From contig CAWAUV010000004.1 of assembly GCA_963785305.1 (NCBI GenBank), positions 64,001 to 128,000 of the forward strand: a stretch of DNA of 64,000 nucleotides, written 5' to 3'. Made by a program: the position numbers and the translations under genes. The notes under the pieces are model-generated. The model worked only from the letters and a program-made list of their open reading frames with translations, did no database searches and was not told where the DNA came from. Position 1 is the first letter of the stretch. The number at the start of each line of letters is the position of its first letter. Shown in pieces: positions 31,264 to 42,817 of the stretch. The DNA comes from an uncultured Planctomycetaceae bacterium (GTDB lineage Bacteria > Planctomycetota > Planctomycetia > Pirellulales > PALSA-1355).

Positions 31264-31905
31264 ATGTTCAAACGCCCGCTGGATTGGCTCGTGGTCAAGT
31301 GGCAATGGCCGGCCGCGGCGCTCACCGTCGCCTGCTTTCTCCTGGCCCTGGCGCCGATCGTGTTTCATTTCGCCGGGGCTCCGCTGGGGCTCGTGTTTCT
31401 GCAACTGCCGATCTACATGCTCCATCAATACGAAGAGCATACCGGCGATCGGTTTCGCCTGTGGGTCAATCGCATGGTCGGACACGGCCACGAAGCGCTC
31501 ACGCCGATCGCCACCTTTTGGATCAATTCGCTCTTGGTTTGGGGGCTCGATCTCGTGGCCTTGTATCTGGCCGTGTTCGTCGATCTCTCGCTGGGGCTGA
31601 TCGCCATCTATTTGCCCCTGCTCAACGCGTTCGGACATTTACTTCCGGCGGTGGCGAAGCGGCAATACAATCCGGGAACACTCACCGCCGCGCTGCTCTT
31701 TATTCCGCTGGGAACCTTGAGCGCGTTGGTGGTGTCGCGGGCAGCCGATTGCGGCCTGCGCGATCATCTGCTCGCCTTGGGAGTGGCGATCGCCGTGCAT
31801 GCGATAATCATCTCGCATGTGCGCCGCCGGCTGGTGCGATTCGCGCGTTTGGATGCCGCTTCGCGGAACGAGGGCATGCCGATGGCGATGGTCGCCAGCC
31901 CGTAA
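31264..31905 (+). CDS. HXXEE-domain membrane protein
   Basis: LPIYMLHQYEEH and YNPGTLTA motifs, multiple TM helices. Confidence 0.85.
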   Translation: MFKRPLDWLVVKWQWPAAALTVACFLLALAPIVFHFAGAPLGLVFLQLPIYMLHQYEEHTGDRFRLWVNRMVGHGHEALTPIATFWINSLLVWGLDLVALYLAVFVDLSLGLIAIYLPLLNAFGHLLPAVAKRQYNPGTLTAALLFIPLGTLSALVVSRAADCGLRDHLLALGVAIAVHAIIISHVRRRLVRFARLDAASRNEGMPMAMVASP

Positions 31906-31914
31906 TTGATCGCA

Positions 31915-31990
31915 AGCAGCCTGTTGAAAAGTGCCCTCGTGGCATTGTTCAACCTCGCCAAGCGCCGAGCAAAGCGCGTCGCGGCTCGCG
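31915..31990. repeat. Stem-loop, possible MITE/REP-like remnant between convergent genes
   Basis: GTTGAA-AA-GTGCC-ctcgt-GGCAT-TG-TTCAAC hairpin (31923-31953) preceded by AGCAGCCTGTTGAAAA. Confidence 0.45.
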
Positions 31991-31993
31991 GCG

Positions 31994-33407
31994 CTAAATA
32001 TCGTAGTACAAGCAGAATTCGTAGGGATGCGGGCGCATCCGCATCGCGTCGACTTCCTTATCTCGCTTGTACCAGATCCAAGTATCGATCACGTCGGGCG
32101 TGAAGACATCGCCGCGCAGCAAGAATTCGTGATCTCGCCTTAGCGCGTCGAGCGCGTCTTCGAGCGAGCCGGGAGTCTTGGGCACATCGGCCAGTTCCTC
32201 GGGCGAGAGATCGTAAATGTCCTTGTCGAGCGGTTCGCCCGGGTTGATCTTGTTTTGCACTCCGTCGATCACCGCCATCAACATCGCCGAGAAGGCGAGA
32301 TAAGGATTGCAACTCGGATCAGGACAGCGAAACTCGATTCGCTTGGCCTTGGGACTGGCGCTATACATGGGTATTCGGCAACTGGCCGAACGATTGCGCT
32401 GCGAATAGGCCAGATTCACCGGCGCTTCGTAGCCCGGCACAAGTCGCTTGTAGCTGTTGGTCGTGGGATTCGTGAAGGCGAGAATCGCGGGCGGCGTGGC
32501 GCAGAAGTCCTCCCATGGCGTGGAGGCCCATGTCGCTCAGGCCAGCGTAGCCGCCGCCGGCGAAGAGCGGATTGCCGCCCTTCCAGAGCGAGAGATGGGT
32601 GTGCATGCCCGAGCCGTTGTCGCCGAAGAGCGGCTTGGGCATGAAGGTCACGGTCTTGTCGTGCCGCCGGGCCACGTTTTTGATGATGTATTTGTAGATC
32701 ATCATCTGATCGGCCATCTTCACGAGATCGCAGTACTTGAGATCGATCTCGCCTTGCCCGCCGGTGGCCACTTCATGGTGCTGGGCCTCGACATCGATGC
32801 CGCATTCGATCAGCGTCTGCATCATTTCGTTGCGCAGGTCCATGAGCTGATCGGCGGGCGGCACCGGGAAATAGCCCTCCTTGTAGCGGAGCTTATTGCC
32901 CAGGTTGGGGCTCTCTTTCCGGCCCCGGTTCCACTGGCCCTCGATCGAATCGAGATGGTAGTAGCCTTCGTGCTGGTTCTGCTCGAAGCGGGCATCGTCG
33001 AAAATGAAGAACTCGGCCTCGGGGCCGATATAACACGTGTCGGCCACGCCGGTGCTCTTGAGATAGTTCACCGCCTTGCGGGCCACGTTCCGCGGGTTGC
33101 GCGAATAGTCCTCGCGCGTGATCGGGTCTTGGATATTGCAGATCATGACCAGCGTGGGCAGCGCGGTGAACGGATCGAGAAACGCCGTGGTCGGCTCGGG
33201 CACCACCAACATGTCGCTTTCGTTGATCGCTTGCCAACCGCGGATGCTCGACCCGTCGAACCCCAGGCCGTCTTCAAACACGTCCTCGCGGAGCTTATTG
33301 ACCGGAATCGTGAAATGCTGCCAAATGCCGGGAAAATCCATGAACCGCAGATCAACGCTCTTCACGTCTTTTTCTCGACACAACGCCAGCACTTCCTTCG
33401 GGGTCAT
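31994..33407 (-). CDS. glnA: Glutamine synthetase type I (frameshift near 32490)
   Basis: [72 protein letters not shown]. Confidence 0.96.
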
Positions 33408-33611
33408 ATCCGCGCCTTTCATCGAAGTTCATCCTCGGGCCCTAAATCGCGACTCCGCAGCAGCATCTTAGACAGTCGATCGCCTCCCGTGCAATCAGGC
33501 CATCAGCGGCGCGACGGGACTGACGCTTCGAGATCGCGTCGAGCGCTCAATTGACGCGGCGCCGTCGAGGATGGCGGGAGGGCTTAATCGCAGCGCTGGC
33601 CATGTCCGCGG

Positions 33612-34067
33612 TCAGTTCGGCGGTTTCTGGCGGACTTCCAGCTCCGTGATCTTTTCGATTCGCCGGGCATGGCGACCGCCCTCGAATTCGGTCTTGAGCC
33701 AGATTTCGATCATGCGGTCGATCAATTTTTCGCCGAGCATGTCGGCCGAGAGGCAAAGCACATTGAGATTATTGTGGCGGCGGCTCATCTCGGCCGTGAG
33801 GTCATCGTGGCAGGGGGCCGTGCGCACTCCCGGAAACTTGTTGGCGGCGATGCACATGCCAATGCCAGTGCCGCAGATCAAGATGCCCCGATCGACCTCG
33901 CCCGCGCTGACCTTCGCGCCGACATGTTGGGCAATGTCCGGGTAATCAACGCAATCACCCGAAAACGGGCCCACGTCAATCACTTCTTGATGGAGTCGGG
34001 CCAAAAGCTCGATGACCTTGGCTTTGACATCGAAGCCGCGATGATCACTTCCGATCGCAATCCGCAT
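33612..34067 (-). CDS. rpiB: Ribose-5-phosphate isomerase B
   Basis: IAIGSDHRG, DYPD, ICGTGIG, SRRHNNLNVL, FEGGRHARR. Confidence 0.94.
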   Translation of the reverse strand: MRIAIGSDHRGFDVKAKVIELLARLHQEVIDVGPFSGDCVDYPDIAQHVGAKVSAGEVDRGILICGTGIGMCIAANKFPGVRTAPCHDDLTAEMSRRHNNLNVLCLSADMLGEKLIDRMIEIWLKTEFEGGRHARRIEKITELEVRQKPPN

Positions 34068-34145
34068 GGTTGTCCACTCGTGCTAGGAATTCGACTTGAC
34101 TCGTTGTGTTTGGATTCGTGGCGCCCGGAGGCACGCGGCTCGCGT

Positions 34146-35269
34146 TTACAGTTCCAGGCTGGCCACGCGCTCGACCAGCGCGGTTTTGATCTGCGCGGCC
34201 GCCCGTTGATAAAACTCCATCGGCCCGCCGATCGGATCGCTCACATCCGAATTGTTGGGACACAAAACCGCCGTGCGATTCGCGGCCTCGGGCCACTGGG
34301 CCACGATCGCCTGACGATGCGAGCGGGTCATGGTCCATATCACGTCGGCGTGGCGCACCAATTGGGCGGTGAGCGGCTGCGACTCGTGGTCCATGAGATT
34401 GAGCCCCTCGAGCTGCATCACATCGACCGCCTCGGGGCTCGGCCGAGAGCCGTTCATGGCCGAAATGCCGGCGCTCATCACCATGACGCCTCGGTCGGCC
34501 AATTCGGCCATATCGCAACCTAACCGTTGGGCGATCAATTTGCGACATAAAATTTCGGCCATCGGGCTGCGGCATGTATTGCCGGTGCAGACAAACAGCA
34601 CCATGAGACTCGCCAGCCGCGAGAGCACCGATTCCGAAACCACGCCGGGTCGCAGAATCTTGAATGACCGCTCTTCGACCCGCACGACGGTCGAAGGCTG
34701 CCCCAAGCGGCTTTGGCCATCGTTGAGCACCAAGTCCACTCGCGATCCGAGCGAGGCCAGCACTTGCTCGGCCGTCACGGCATCGGGCTGGCCGCTGATA
34801 TTGGCGCTAGTGAGCACGATCGGCCCGGCGAACATCTGCAAGATATCGAGCACCGTCTGATGCGCCGGCATGCGCAACCCGACACTCTGATGCGGCGCGA
34901 CCGCCGTGCGGCACACTGGGCGGCAAATGTTGCAGCAGGCTTTCGGGATGATGATCCTCGACCACCATCGTGATCGGCCCCGGCCAACAACGCCGCGCCA
35001 ACCGACGGCCGAGCGGGCTGAGAGCGGGCACATAGTCCAAGGCGTCGTCGGCGCTTTTGATCGCCAGCGTCAACGGCACATTGGCTGGGCGATCCTTGGC
35101 GGCCAAGAGCCTGTCGACCGCTTCGGGACACAAGGCCGAGGCCGCGAGTCCGTAGACCGTTTCCGTGGGAAGGGCCACGAGCTTGCCCTCGACAATGGCC
35201 TGCACCGCGCGGTGGACCACATCGCGTAAGTCTTCGGCGCTGACGAATATCGATCACGACCGGCGGCAT
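34146..35269 (-). CDS. Sua5/TsaC threonylcarbamoyl-AMP synthase fused to a low-molecular-weight protein phosphatase (frameshifts near 35245 and ~34900)
   Basis: ALPTETVYGL, CWPGPIT, VGLRMP, LTSANISG, PSTVV followed in frame by LFVCTGNTCRSPMAE and DVSDPIGG. Confidence 0.87.
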
Positions 35270-35664
35270 GAAACGGATTTCCAGGCTAACGTCGACGAGG
35301 ACAATGCGTGCTCGCCGCAACCAAAAATTCAACCGGCCGCGATGTTCTCCGAGATGGCGCGAAGCCCGCCATGTCGAATTTCAAGGAAAGCCCGCGCCGA
35401 CGGAATCTCAAGGAATACCGCCAAACGGGGAAAATCCCCGAGAAGGATCGTCAGGCGAAAAGTTCAACAACCAGCATCGAGTTCAACAAAAAGACAGAGG
35501 ATCGTTCCACGAAAAAATCGCATGGGGCTCGGAGTGCATGGCGAGCTGGTCGAAATAAAGCGGTGTCGGATGATCTCGCTATCCGGGGGGCGAAATATGC
35601 CCGGCCGCGAACAGCGCCTCGGCGACTGCCCGCTTTTCGGGCGCTGAATCGTCGCCCGCCGCCG

Positions 35665-35694
35665 ATTATAGTGTGCCGAACTGTCATGCGTCAA
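35665..35694 (-). promoter_or_regulatory. Sigma70-type promoter TTGACG-N18-TATAAT facing sua5
   Basis: Reverse complement of 35689-35694 is TTGACG and of 35665-35670 is TATAAT. Confidence 0.55.
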
Positions 35695-35728
35695 GCGCGT
35701 CGCCGTGGCGGGAATCGTCCATAAAGCA

Positions 35729-35757
35729 TTGCAGGCACGAAACTTGTGAACTACAAT
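35729..35757 (+). promoter_or_regulatory. Sigma70-type promoter TTGCAG-N17-TACAAT facing moxR
   Basis: Read directly; ends 45 nt upstream of ATG 35803. Confidence 0.45.
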
Positions 35758-35802
35758 GCCGCCCGAGAACCTCCCACTTTCAGACTGTCACAAGAGTCGA
35801 CC

Positions 35803-36813
35803 ATGACTACCCTTGGCGATACCATCGAGCGCCGCGCCGAACGTTTTGTCCAACGCTACGCCGCGGTGCGCGAGCAGATCGGCCGCGTGATCGTGGGACA
35901 CCACGAGATCGTCGAGGGCGTGCTCACCTGCCTGTTTGTCGGCGGGCACTGCTTGCTCGAAGGCGTGCCCGGACTCGGCAAGACACTTCTGGTGCGCACT
36001 TTGGCCAAGACCCTCAATCTCGAATTCTCCCGCATCCAGTTCACTCCCGACCTGATGCCGGCCGACATTCTCGGCACCAACATGGTGATGGAGACTCCCG
36101 ACGGCCGGCGAGCCTTTGAATTCCAGCGCGGACCGATCTTCACGCAAATCTGCCTGGCCGACGAAATCAATCGCGCCACGCCCAAGACCCAATCGGCCAT
36201 GCTCGAAACGATGCAAGAAGCCTCGGTCAGTATCGCTGGCAAGTCGCACCCGCTCCAACAGCCGTTCTTGGTGATGGCGACCCAAAACCCGATCGAGCAA
36301 GAGGGCACCTATCCGCTGCCCGAAGCGCAGCTCGATCGGTTCTTCTTCAAATTGATTGTCGGCTATTCCACGCGCGAGGAATTGGCCACGGTGGTCGATC
36401 GCACCACGCGCGGAGTGCGGGTCGAGGCCGACCGCGTGATGGATGGGCCCGAGATTTTGGAGTGGCAAGCGCTGGTGCGCGAGGTGCTGCTCGCGCCGCA
36501 TGTTCAGGATTATGTCGTGCGGCTCACCCTGGCCACGCATCCGCAAGGGCCGTTTGCCCCGCCAATCACAAATCGCTACTTGCGCTGGGGATCGAGCCCC
36601 CGCGGCGCTCAATCGCTGGCTCTCGCGGCCAAAGTGCGGGCGCTGCTCGCCGGGCGATACAATGTCGCCTTCGAGGACGTGCGGCGATCCTATGCCCCGG
36701 CGATGCGGCATCGGGTGATATTGAATTTCGAGGCGCAGGCCGAGAATATCGAACCGGATCGCGTGCTGCTTGAAATTCTCGAAAAGACTCCAGAGAAGGC
36801 GCCGGAGTCGTAG
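35803..36813 (+). CDS. MoxR-family AAA+ ATPase
   Basis: LEGVPGLGKT, RIQFTPDLMPADILG, ADEINRATPKTQSAMLE, ATQNPIEQEGTYPLPEAQLDRF. Confidence 0.94.
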   Translation: MTTLGDTIERRAERFVQRYAAVREQIGRVIVGHHEIVEGVLTCLFVGGHCLLEGVPGLGKTLLVRTLAKTLNLEFSRIQFTPDLMPADILGTNMVMETPDGRRAFEFQRGPIFTQICLADEINRATPKTQSAMLETMQEASVSIAGKSHPLQQPFLVMATQNPIEQEGTYPLPEAQLDRFFFKLIVGYSTREELATVVDRTTRGVRVEADRVMDGPEILEWQALVREVLLAPHVQDYVVRLTLATHPQGPFAPPITNRYLRWGSSPRGAQSLALAAKVRALLAGRYNVAFEDVRRSYAPAMRHRVILNFEAQAENIEPDRVLLEILEKTPEKAPES

Positions 36814-36832
36814 AGCCGCCGAGGGCGACGCC

Positions 36833-38469
36833 TTACTCGGTCTTTAGATCGAGCGGTTCATCGGCTTCGAGCGAGAGCGCGAGTCCGCCGGGTTGCCGGC
36901 CACCCTTTTGGAGTTTCACGACAATCACGTTTTTGCCTTGCTTGAAGCGCACCGTGAAATGCGAGGCGCCCGGGACGAGATCGCGCTCCTTCGCGTCGTA
37001 GTGCGACAATTGTCCGTTGACCCAAAGCTTGGCGCGGCCTTCGACGCCGAGCCGCAATGTCACTGTCCGCGGCTTGGGGCTCTCGGCCACGGCAAGGAAA
37101 TAATTGGCCCAGTCGACACCCTGGGGATCGCGGTCGGAGGCGGGTCGTTCGACGACAATTGCCGGAAAGCCGAGCGAATTGCCGGTCGGTGTCAGCCGCC
37201 AGCGTTGCTCCTGGCCATCGGCGTCTTTGTAGACGGCCGCCAAATCGGGCGAGGCGAGCAACTTGTACGTCGCCTCGGGCGCGCCCGCCTTGTCGAGCTT
37301 GCCTTTCTCGGCCTCAAACGGCCCGACCACGCGAAACAGCGTGATCGGCTGCTCGCCCTTGGTAAGAGTGGCCAAATAGCCCACGAGATCGGCCACGTTT
37401 TGAGCCGCCGCCGCGCGCTCGGCTTCGGAACCCGCGGGCAGTCCGGCAAAAGCAAAGTCGGGCATCAGCGAGCGGCCGAGCGGCTTGAGCGCCGCGACTT
37501 CTCCCGCTGGCGCCCGCTCCAGCTTGCCAGCCAAATCGTTGAGCGTCACTTCGCGATCGTTTTTCTCGACCAAATATCCTGTCCGCGCTTGGCCCGATTT
37601 TTTTTCCAAAACATAAGGCACATACGCCGGCGCCACCGCTTGGGCCGGCTCGAGCACCGCGCTGAGCAATGCCCGACGATCGAGCTTGTGACCCACGATG
37701 CTCAAGTCGGGCCCCAGACCGAGGCTACCACCTGAGCCATGCACCGAGTGACAACTTTTGCAATCGAGTCCCGCGCCGAGAGACTGCCCGAGGCAAACAG
37801 GCGTTCGCCATTGGCGACGTCGGGCGTGAGCTTGAGAATTTCGTCGACCGAGGCGACGTCGGCCAACTTGGGGCCGCGCTGCTCGGGCGTCATCAAATTT
37901 TCGAACAGCCCACGCACCACGCCGCGCGGCAGCGTGGCGATCTTGGCCAAGAGGGCTGCCCGCGCCCCGGCCGGCGCCGAGCCATCGTCAAAGGCTCGCC
38001 GCACCAAGAGCACCCAGACACGGATTCCAACAACCGATCGACCAGCGCAGCGCGCACTAGCTCGGGCAATTTGTCGTCGGCAATTGTTTCGCGGATGCTT
38101 TGCCCATCGTTGAGATCGACGAGCGCAAGAATCGCCGCGGTGCGGATCGTCGGGTCGTTGTCATGGAGCAGCGAGCGGAGCGCGGCGATGGCCGCATCCG
38201 CCGAAGTGTCGGACTTCGGCGCAGTCCGGCGTCGGGGATTGCGCTTCGCGGATTGCGCTTTCGTGGTGTCCCCCCTCGGCGCTTCCGCTCGAGGCTTCGC
38301 CGCGTCAGGACTTGGCTTGGCGGTGTTCGCATCGCTCGGCGCCGCGCTGGGAGCGCGTTTCGGCCGGCTTGCCGGCGGTGTCGGGTTTCTCGCTTTGCAC
38401 GTCGGCCGATGAGAGGCAGACAAAGATCGCGATCAAACCGAAACCGAGCGAGGTGCAAAATCGAGGCAT
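36833..38469 (-). CDS. Secreted c-type cytochrome (planctomycete heme-binding domain) with HEAT-like and C-terminal beta domain (several frameshifts)
   Basis: Signal peptide MPRFCTSLGFGLIAIFVCLSSA; NGERLF..DCKSCHSVHG (CxxCH near 37745-37765) ..GPDLS..SLMP; C-terminal ITLFRVVGPF, AKLWVNG, FKQGKNVIVVK. Confidence 0.65.
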
Positions 38470-38826
38470 CGTCGAGCGATCCTTTTCAAAGGGAAATGGT
38501 GAGCACGGGAAGCGGCCTCGAAGGGCGACTTCGCGGCACGATTCCGGGGGCAAGGCAAGGCTAGTATAAAATGCCGAAAAAGCCAGACGCAACCGTCGCA
38601 ATCGGAGGAATCGCGCGATTTTTCGGCGTCGCCGCCGGCGCTGCCGCCTCCGCGGCTTGCTTGCTCCGAGCGCGTATTCGCGGTAGCTTTGAAGGTATGG
38701 CCCAGCCGGCCGTTTGACCGACGTCGCGTCTTTTTTGGTTGCTCGTCCCGCCACACGGTCCGGCCGCCGACACGCGCCTCTCGGCGGCGCCCCCGTTTGT
38801 TTGTCCCGCCTTTGGCTCGAGCCCCC

Positions 38827-40761
38827 ATGACGCGCAATTCCCGCCTCTCGCCGCGCGTGCTGTTCTCGGCTTGCGCCGCCGCGACGTTTGCCTTCGCGCC
38901 ATTGCTTCGCGCCGCGCCCGACTTTGCGAAGAGCTACGAAACCGCCTTTCGGCCGGTGCTGGTCAAGTATTGCGTCAAGTGTCATGGCGGCGAGAAGACC
39001 GAAGCCAAACTCGATCTCGCGGCGCTCGATACCGGCGACAAGGCGGTGGCGGCGCCCTTTTGGAGCGAAGTGCTCGAACGGGTGGGCCTGCGCGAAATGC
39101 CTCCGGCCGGCGCACGACCATGAAAGACGCCGAGCGCGACGCTTTCTTTCGCTGGGCCGAGGGCGTGCTCAATAGCGATGGCGAGTGCAACAAAGTCGCC
39201 ACCGACGTGAATCAACACTTCAATCGCGGGGCCGTGATGAGCCGCCGCCTGACCCGCGCGGAATACGACAACACGATCCGCGATCTCTTGGGCCTCGATA
39301 CCCATCCGGCGGCCGCATTTCCGGCCGATGGCTCGGGCGGCGAGGGGTTCGACACCGATGGCGACTCGCTGTTTACGAACCCGATCCTCATGGAAAAGTA
39401 TCTGGCCGCGGCCGACACGATCATCGACGCCGCGATGCCCGACGAGCCCACGCATCTCGCGCCGGCAGTGGCCGCCGCTCGCGAGCGAATCCTTCGCGGC
39501 GGCGATGAACATGCCGCGCCGCGCGAACGCGCGAACCCAATTCTGCGATCCTTCGCGAGCCGCGCCTATCGCCGACCGGCCACCGACGACGATCTCGCGC
39601 CCCTGTTGCGGCTCTTCGATCGCGTGAGCGCACGGGGCGAATCCTTCATGGCTTCGCTGCGACTGGCATTCAAGGGTGTTTTGGTGTCACCGAATTTTCT
39701 ATTCCTCGTCGAGCCCGAGCCGCCGAAGACAGGCGTTTATGAACTAGGCCCGTGGCCGCTCGCCGCGCGATTGTCGTATTTTCTTTGGGCCTCGATGCCC
39801 GACGATGAACTGTTTTCCCTCGCCGCTTCGGGCGAAATCTCGAAAGCCGACACGCTTCGCGCAGACTCGGCGCATGTTGGCCAGCGAAAAGGCGCGCGGC
39901 CTGGCCGCCAACTTCTCGGTCCAATGGCTCGGGCTGGGCGCCCTGGGCGGCGCCGTGCGTCCCGACGCCGGGAAGTTTCCCGATTTCGATGACACCCTGT
40001 CCACTGCCATGCTCGGCGAACCGGTCGCGATGTTCGAGTATCTGCTGCGAAACGATCGCAGTCTCTCGGAACTGATCGACGCCGACTATGCAATGCTCAA
40101 CGAACGCCTCGCCCGGCACTATGGCGTTCCCGATATCGTGGGCCCCGAGTTTCGTCCGGTTCCGCTCAAGGATCATGTGCGTGGGGGAGTCGTGAGCATG
40201 GCGAGCGTGCTCACCGCGACCAGCCAACCGCTGCGCACGAGCCCCGTGCTGCGGGGAAAATGGGTATTGGCCGAACTTCTGGGTAGCAAAGTTCCACCGC
40301 CCCCGCCCAATGTGCCGAGTCTGCCCGACGATGACGCGCCGACCGATGGCCTCAGCCTGCGGCAACGGCTCGAGCTGCATCGCTCGCGGTCCGAATGCGG
40401 CACATGCCACTCCCGCATGGACCCCCTCGGCTTCGGGTTGGAAAACTTCGACCCGCTTGGGCGCTGGCGCGACGAAATCGCCGGTCAGCCGGTCGACGCC
40501 GCCGGTCAATTACCCAGCGGCGAACATTTTGTCGGTCCCGCCGAATTGAAGAACGTGCTCAAGAAACGCCAGCACGACATCATGAAGAATTTTTGCCGCA
40601 AGATGTTGGGCTACGCGCTCGGCCGAGAGCTGACCCGTTTCGACAACTGCGTGGTCGAGCGTTCGCTGAAAGCGCTCGCCGAAAACGACCACCGGGCCGG
40701 GATTCTCATCGAACAGATTGTGCTGAGCTTTCCGTTCAGCCACCGCTACGCCAAGAAATAG
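38827..40761 (+). CDS. DUF1592/1588/1587/1595/1585 planctomycete cytochrome-c domain protein (frameshifts near 39115 and 39865)
   Basis: YCVKCHG, RRLTRAEYDNTIRDLLG, RAYRRP, SPNFLF, RLSYFLWASMPD, RTSPVLRGKW, CGTCH..DPLGFGLENFD. Confidence 0.9.
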
Positions 40762-40832
40762 CCGGCGCCGCGAGGAAAAAGCCACGACATTGGCCGGCCG
40801 AAGTGTAAGATGGAGTGAGAAGGAAGAACCCA

Positions 40833-42208
40833 ATGAGCCGCAAACCTTGGCGGATTTCGCGACGCGATTTTTTGCGTGGGACCGGCGCGGCGATCGGGCT
40901 GCCGCTGCTCGACGCCATGCTCCCGGCTCGGCGCTTGATCGGCGCGAGCCCCGCGGTCGAGCCGCCGGTGCGTTTGGCGTGTCTGTTCTTTCCCAATGGC
41001 GTGTGGCAAGACGCCTGGATTCCGCGGGAGACCGGCCGCGACTACACGCTCCCGCCCTCGCTCGAACCCTTGGCCGCGCATCGCGATGAGCTGCTGGTGC
41101 TCAGCGGGCTCGACAAAGCCCAGAGTCGCGAAGGCGACGGGCACTACGCGAAGACGGCCAACTTCCTCACCGGCCTGCGAGTGGCCAAAACCACCGGCAA
41201 GCAGATTCATTGCGGCGGCGCCTCGATGGACCAGGTGGCGGCTCAGCGCATCGGCGGCGCCACGCCGCTGCCGAGCCTCGAGCTCGGCATCGACCCGGTG
41301 ATTTCGGGCATCGATAGCAATGTCGGCTACACCCGGCTCTATGGATCGTTTATTTCCTGGGAAACGGCCACGCGTCCGCTCGCCAAGGAAATCAATCCGC
41401 GATTGGCCTACGAGCGACTCTTCGGCGATTCGCTGGCCAAGCCGGCCGCCGAGAGCAACGGCGTCGCGAATCGCAAGCGCGACGACTTCCGCGGCCTGCT
41501 CGACAGCGCGCTCGACGACGCGAAGCGGCTGCGAGCCCGCGTCGGACGCGACGACCAGTTCAAGCTCGACGAGTACCTCGACTCGGTTCGGTCGGTCGAA
41601 CAGCGGATCGAATTCGCCTCGCGACCGATGGCCGGGCTTGGCAAGCCACTCCCGGCTGGCAAGATCAACCGGTCCCGCCAAGCGGCATCCCGCACGATTT
41701 TCGCGACCATGTGCGGCTGATGCTCGACATCATTCTGCTCGCTTTTTGGAGCGATTCGACGCGCATCAGCACATTTATGTTCGCCAACGACGTGTCGGGC
41801 CGCAACTTCGGCTTTCTCGAGGGGGTTCGCGGCGGGCATCACGAGATTTCGCATCATGAAAACAACTCTGAAAAGATCGAGGCATATAAGAAAATCAATC
41901 GTTGGCACTCCGAGCAGTTCGCCCAAATGCTCGATCGCATGAAAGCGATTCGCGAGGGCGAGGGCACGCTGCTCGATCATTCGCTCATGCTCTTTGGCTG
42001 CGGCATGAGCGATGGCAATCGCCACGATCCGAACAACTTGCCGATTCTGGTCGCCGGCCGCGGCGGCGGTCTCGAGCCGGGTCGCCACATCGCCAGCGAA
42101 AAAGGCACGCCGCTGTGCAACCTCTATGTGTCGCTACTCGAGCGGCTGGGAGCGCCGGTGGAAAAGTTCGGCGACAGCGCCGGGCCGCTCGCGGGCTTGG
42201 CGGGCTAG
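40833..42208 (+). CDS. DUF1552 protein with Tat-like N-terminus (frameshift near 41680)
   Basis: SRRDFLRGTGAAIGLPLLDAM, FFPNG, SMDQVAA, SLELG, HHEISHH, GTLLDHS, HDPNNLP. Confidence 0.9.
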
Positions 42209-42335
42209 TCGGGGCGATATTTTCGCCTCGCGCATTCTTTCCGCCGCCGAAATGCGTTATGATTTCGGACTGGCCTCCCTTCACTCGACCCGTTCGCGGT
42301 CGCGGTTCGATTCATTTTGGTGGGATTGTCTGGCA

Positions 42336-42776
42336 ATGCGGCAGCCCTACGCGGTTTTCTGCGGACTATTCGTGATCGCGGTTGGGTGTTCGCGCGGCGA
42401 GTTGCATGCGCATCGGCCCATGGATCCGGCCCAAAGCCGACTGCTCGAAATCGGTCGGGCCTATGGCCGGTTCAATGCGCTCCACGATCGCGGACCGCAA
42501 TCCACGGCCGACCTGAAACCGATTCTCGAACAAGACGGCGTCGGCGACGATGTATTCCTCTCGCCGCGCGACCAACAGCCCTTCGTTATCTGCTGGGGGC
42601 TCGACCTGACAGCGCCGCGGCAACCGGGGGTTCCATGGACCGCGGTGGCTTACGAAAAACTTGGCAACGAGGGTCGTCGTTTCGTGCTCACGACTCTCCG
42701 CCACGTAACCGAAGTCCCCGACGCCGAGTTTTCGCGAATCCGCTTTCCACCCGGACATAAACCCCAAGGCGGCTAG
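42336..42776 (+). CDS. Hypothetical lipoprotein
   Basis: [18 protein letters not shown] lipobox; [13 protein letters not shown]; lies directly upstream of the DUF1559 gene. Confidence 0.65.
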   Translation: MRQPYAVFCGLFVIAVGCSRGELHAHRPMDPAQSRLLEIGRAYGRFNALHDRGPQSTADLKPILEQDGVGDDVFLSPRDQQPFVICWGLDLTAPRQPGVPWTAVAYEKLGNEGRRFVLTTLRHVTEVPDAEFSRIRFPPGHKPQGG

Positions 42777-42817
42777 ATCGCCGCCGAATCGCCAAAGTCG
42801 CGAGAAAATCTCCAATC

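Noticed and set aside
32440..32520. Programmed frameshift or pseudogene in glnA
   Set aside because: No slippery site evident, and similar indels occur throughout the window, so sequencing error is more likely.
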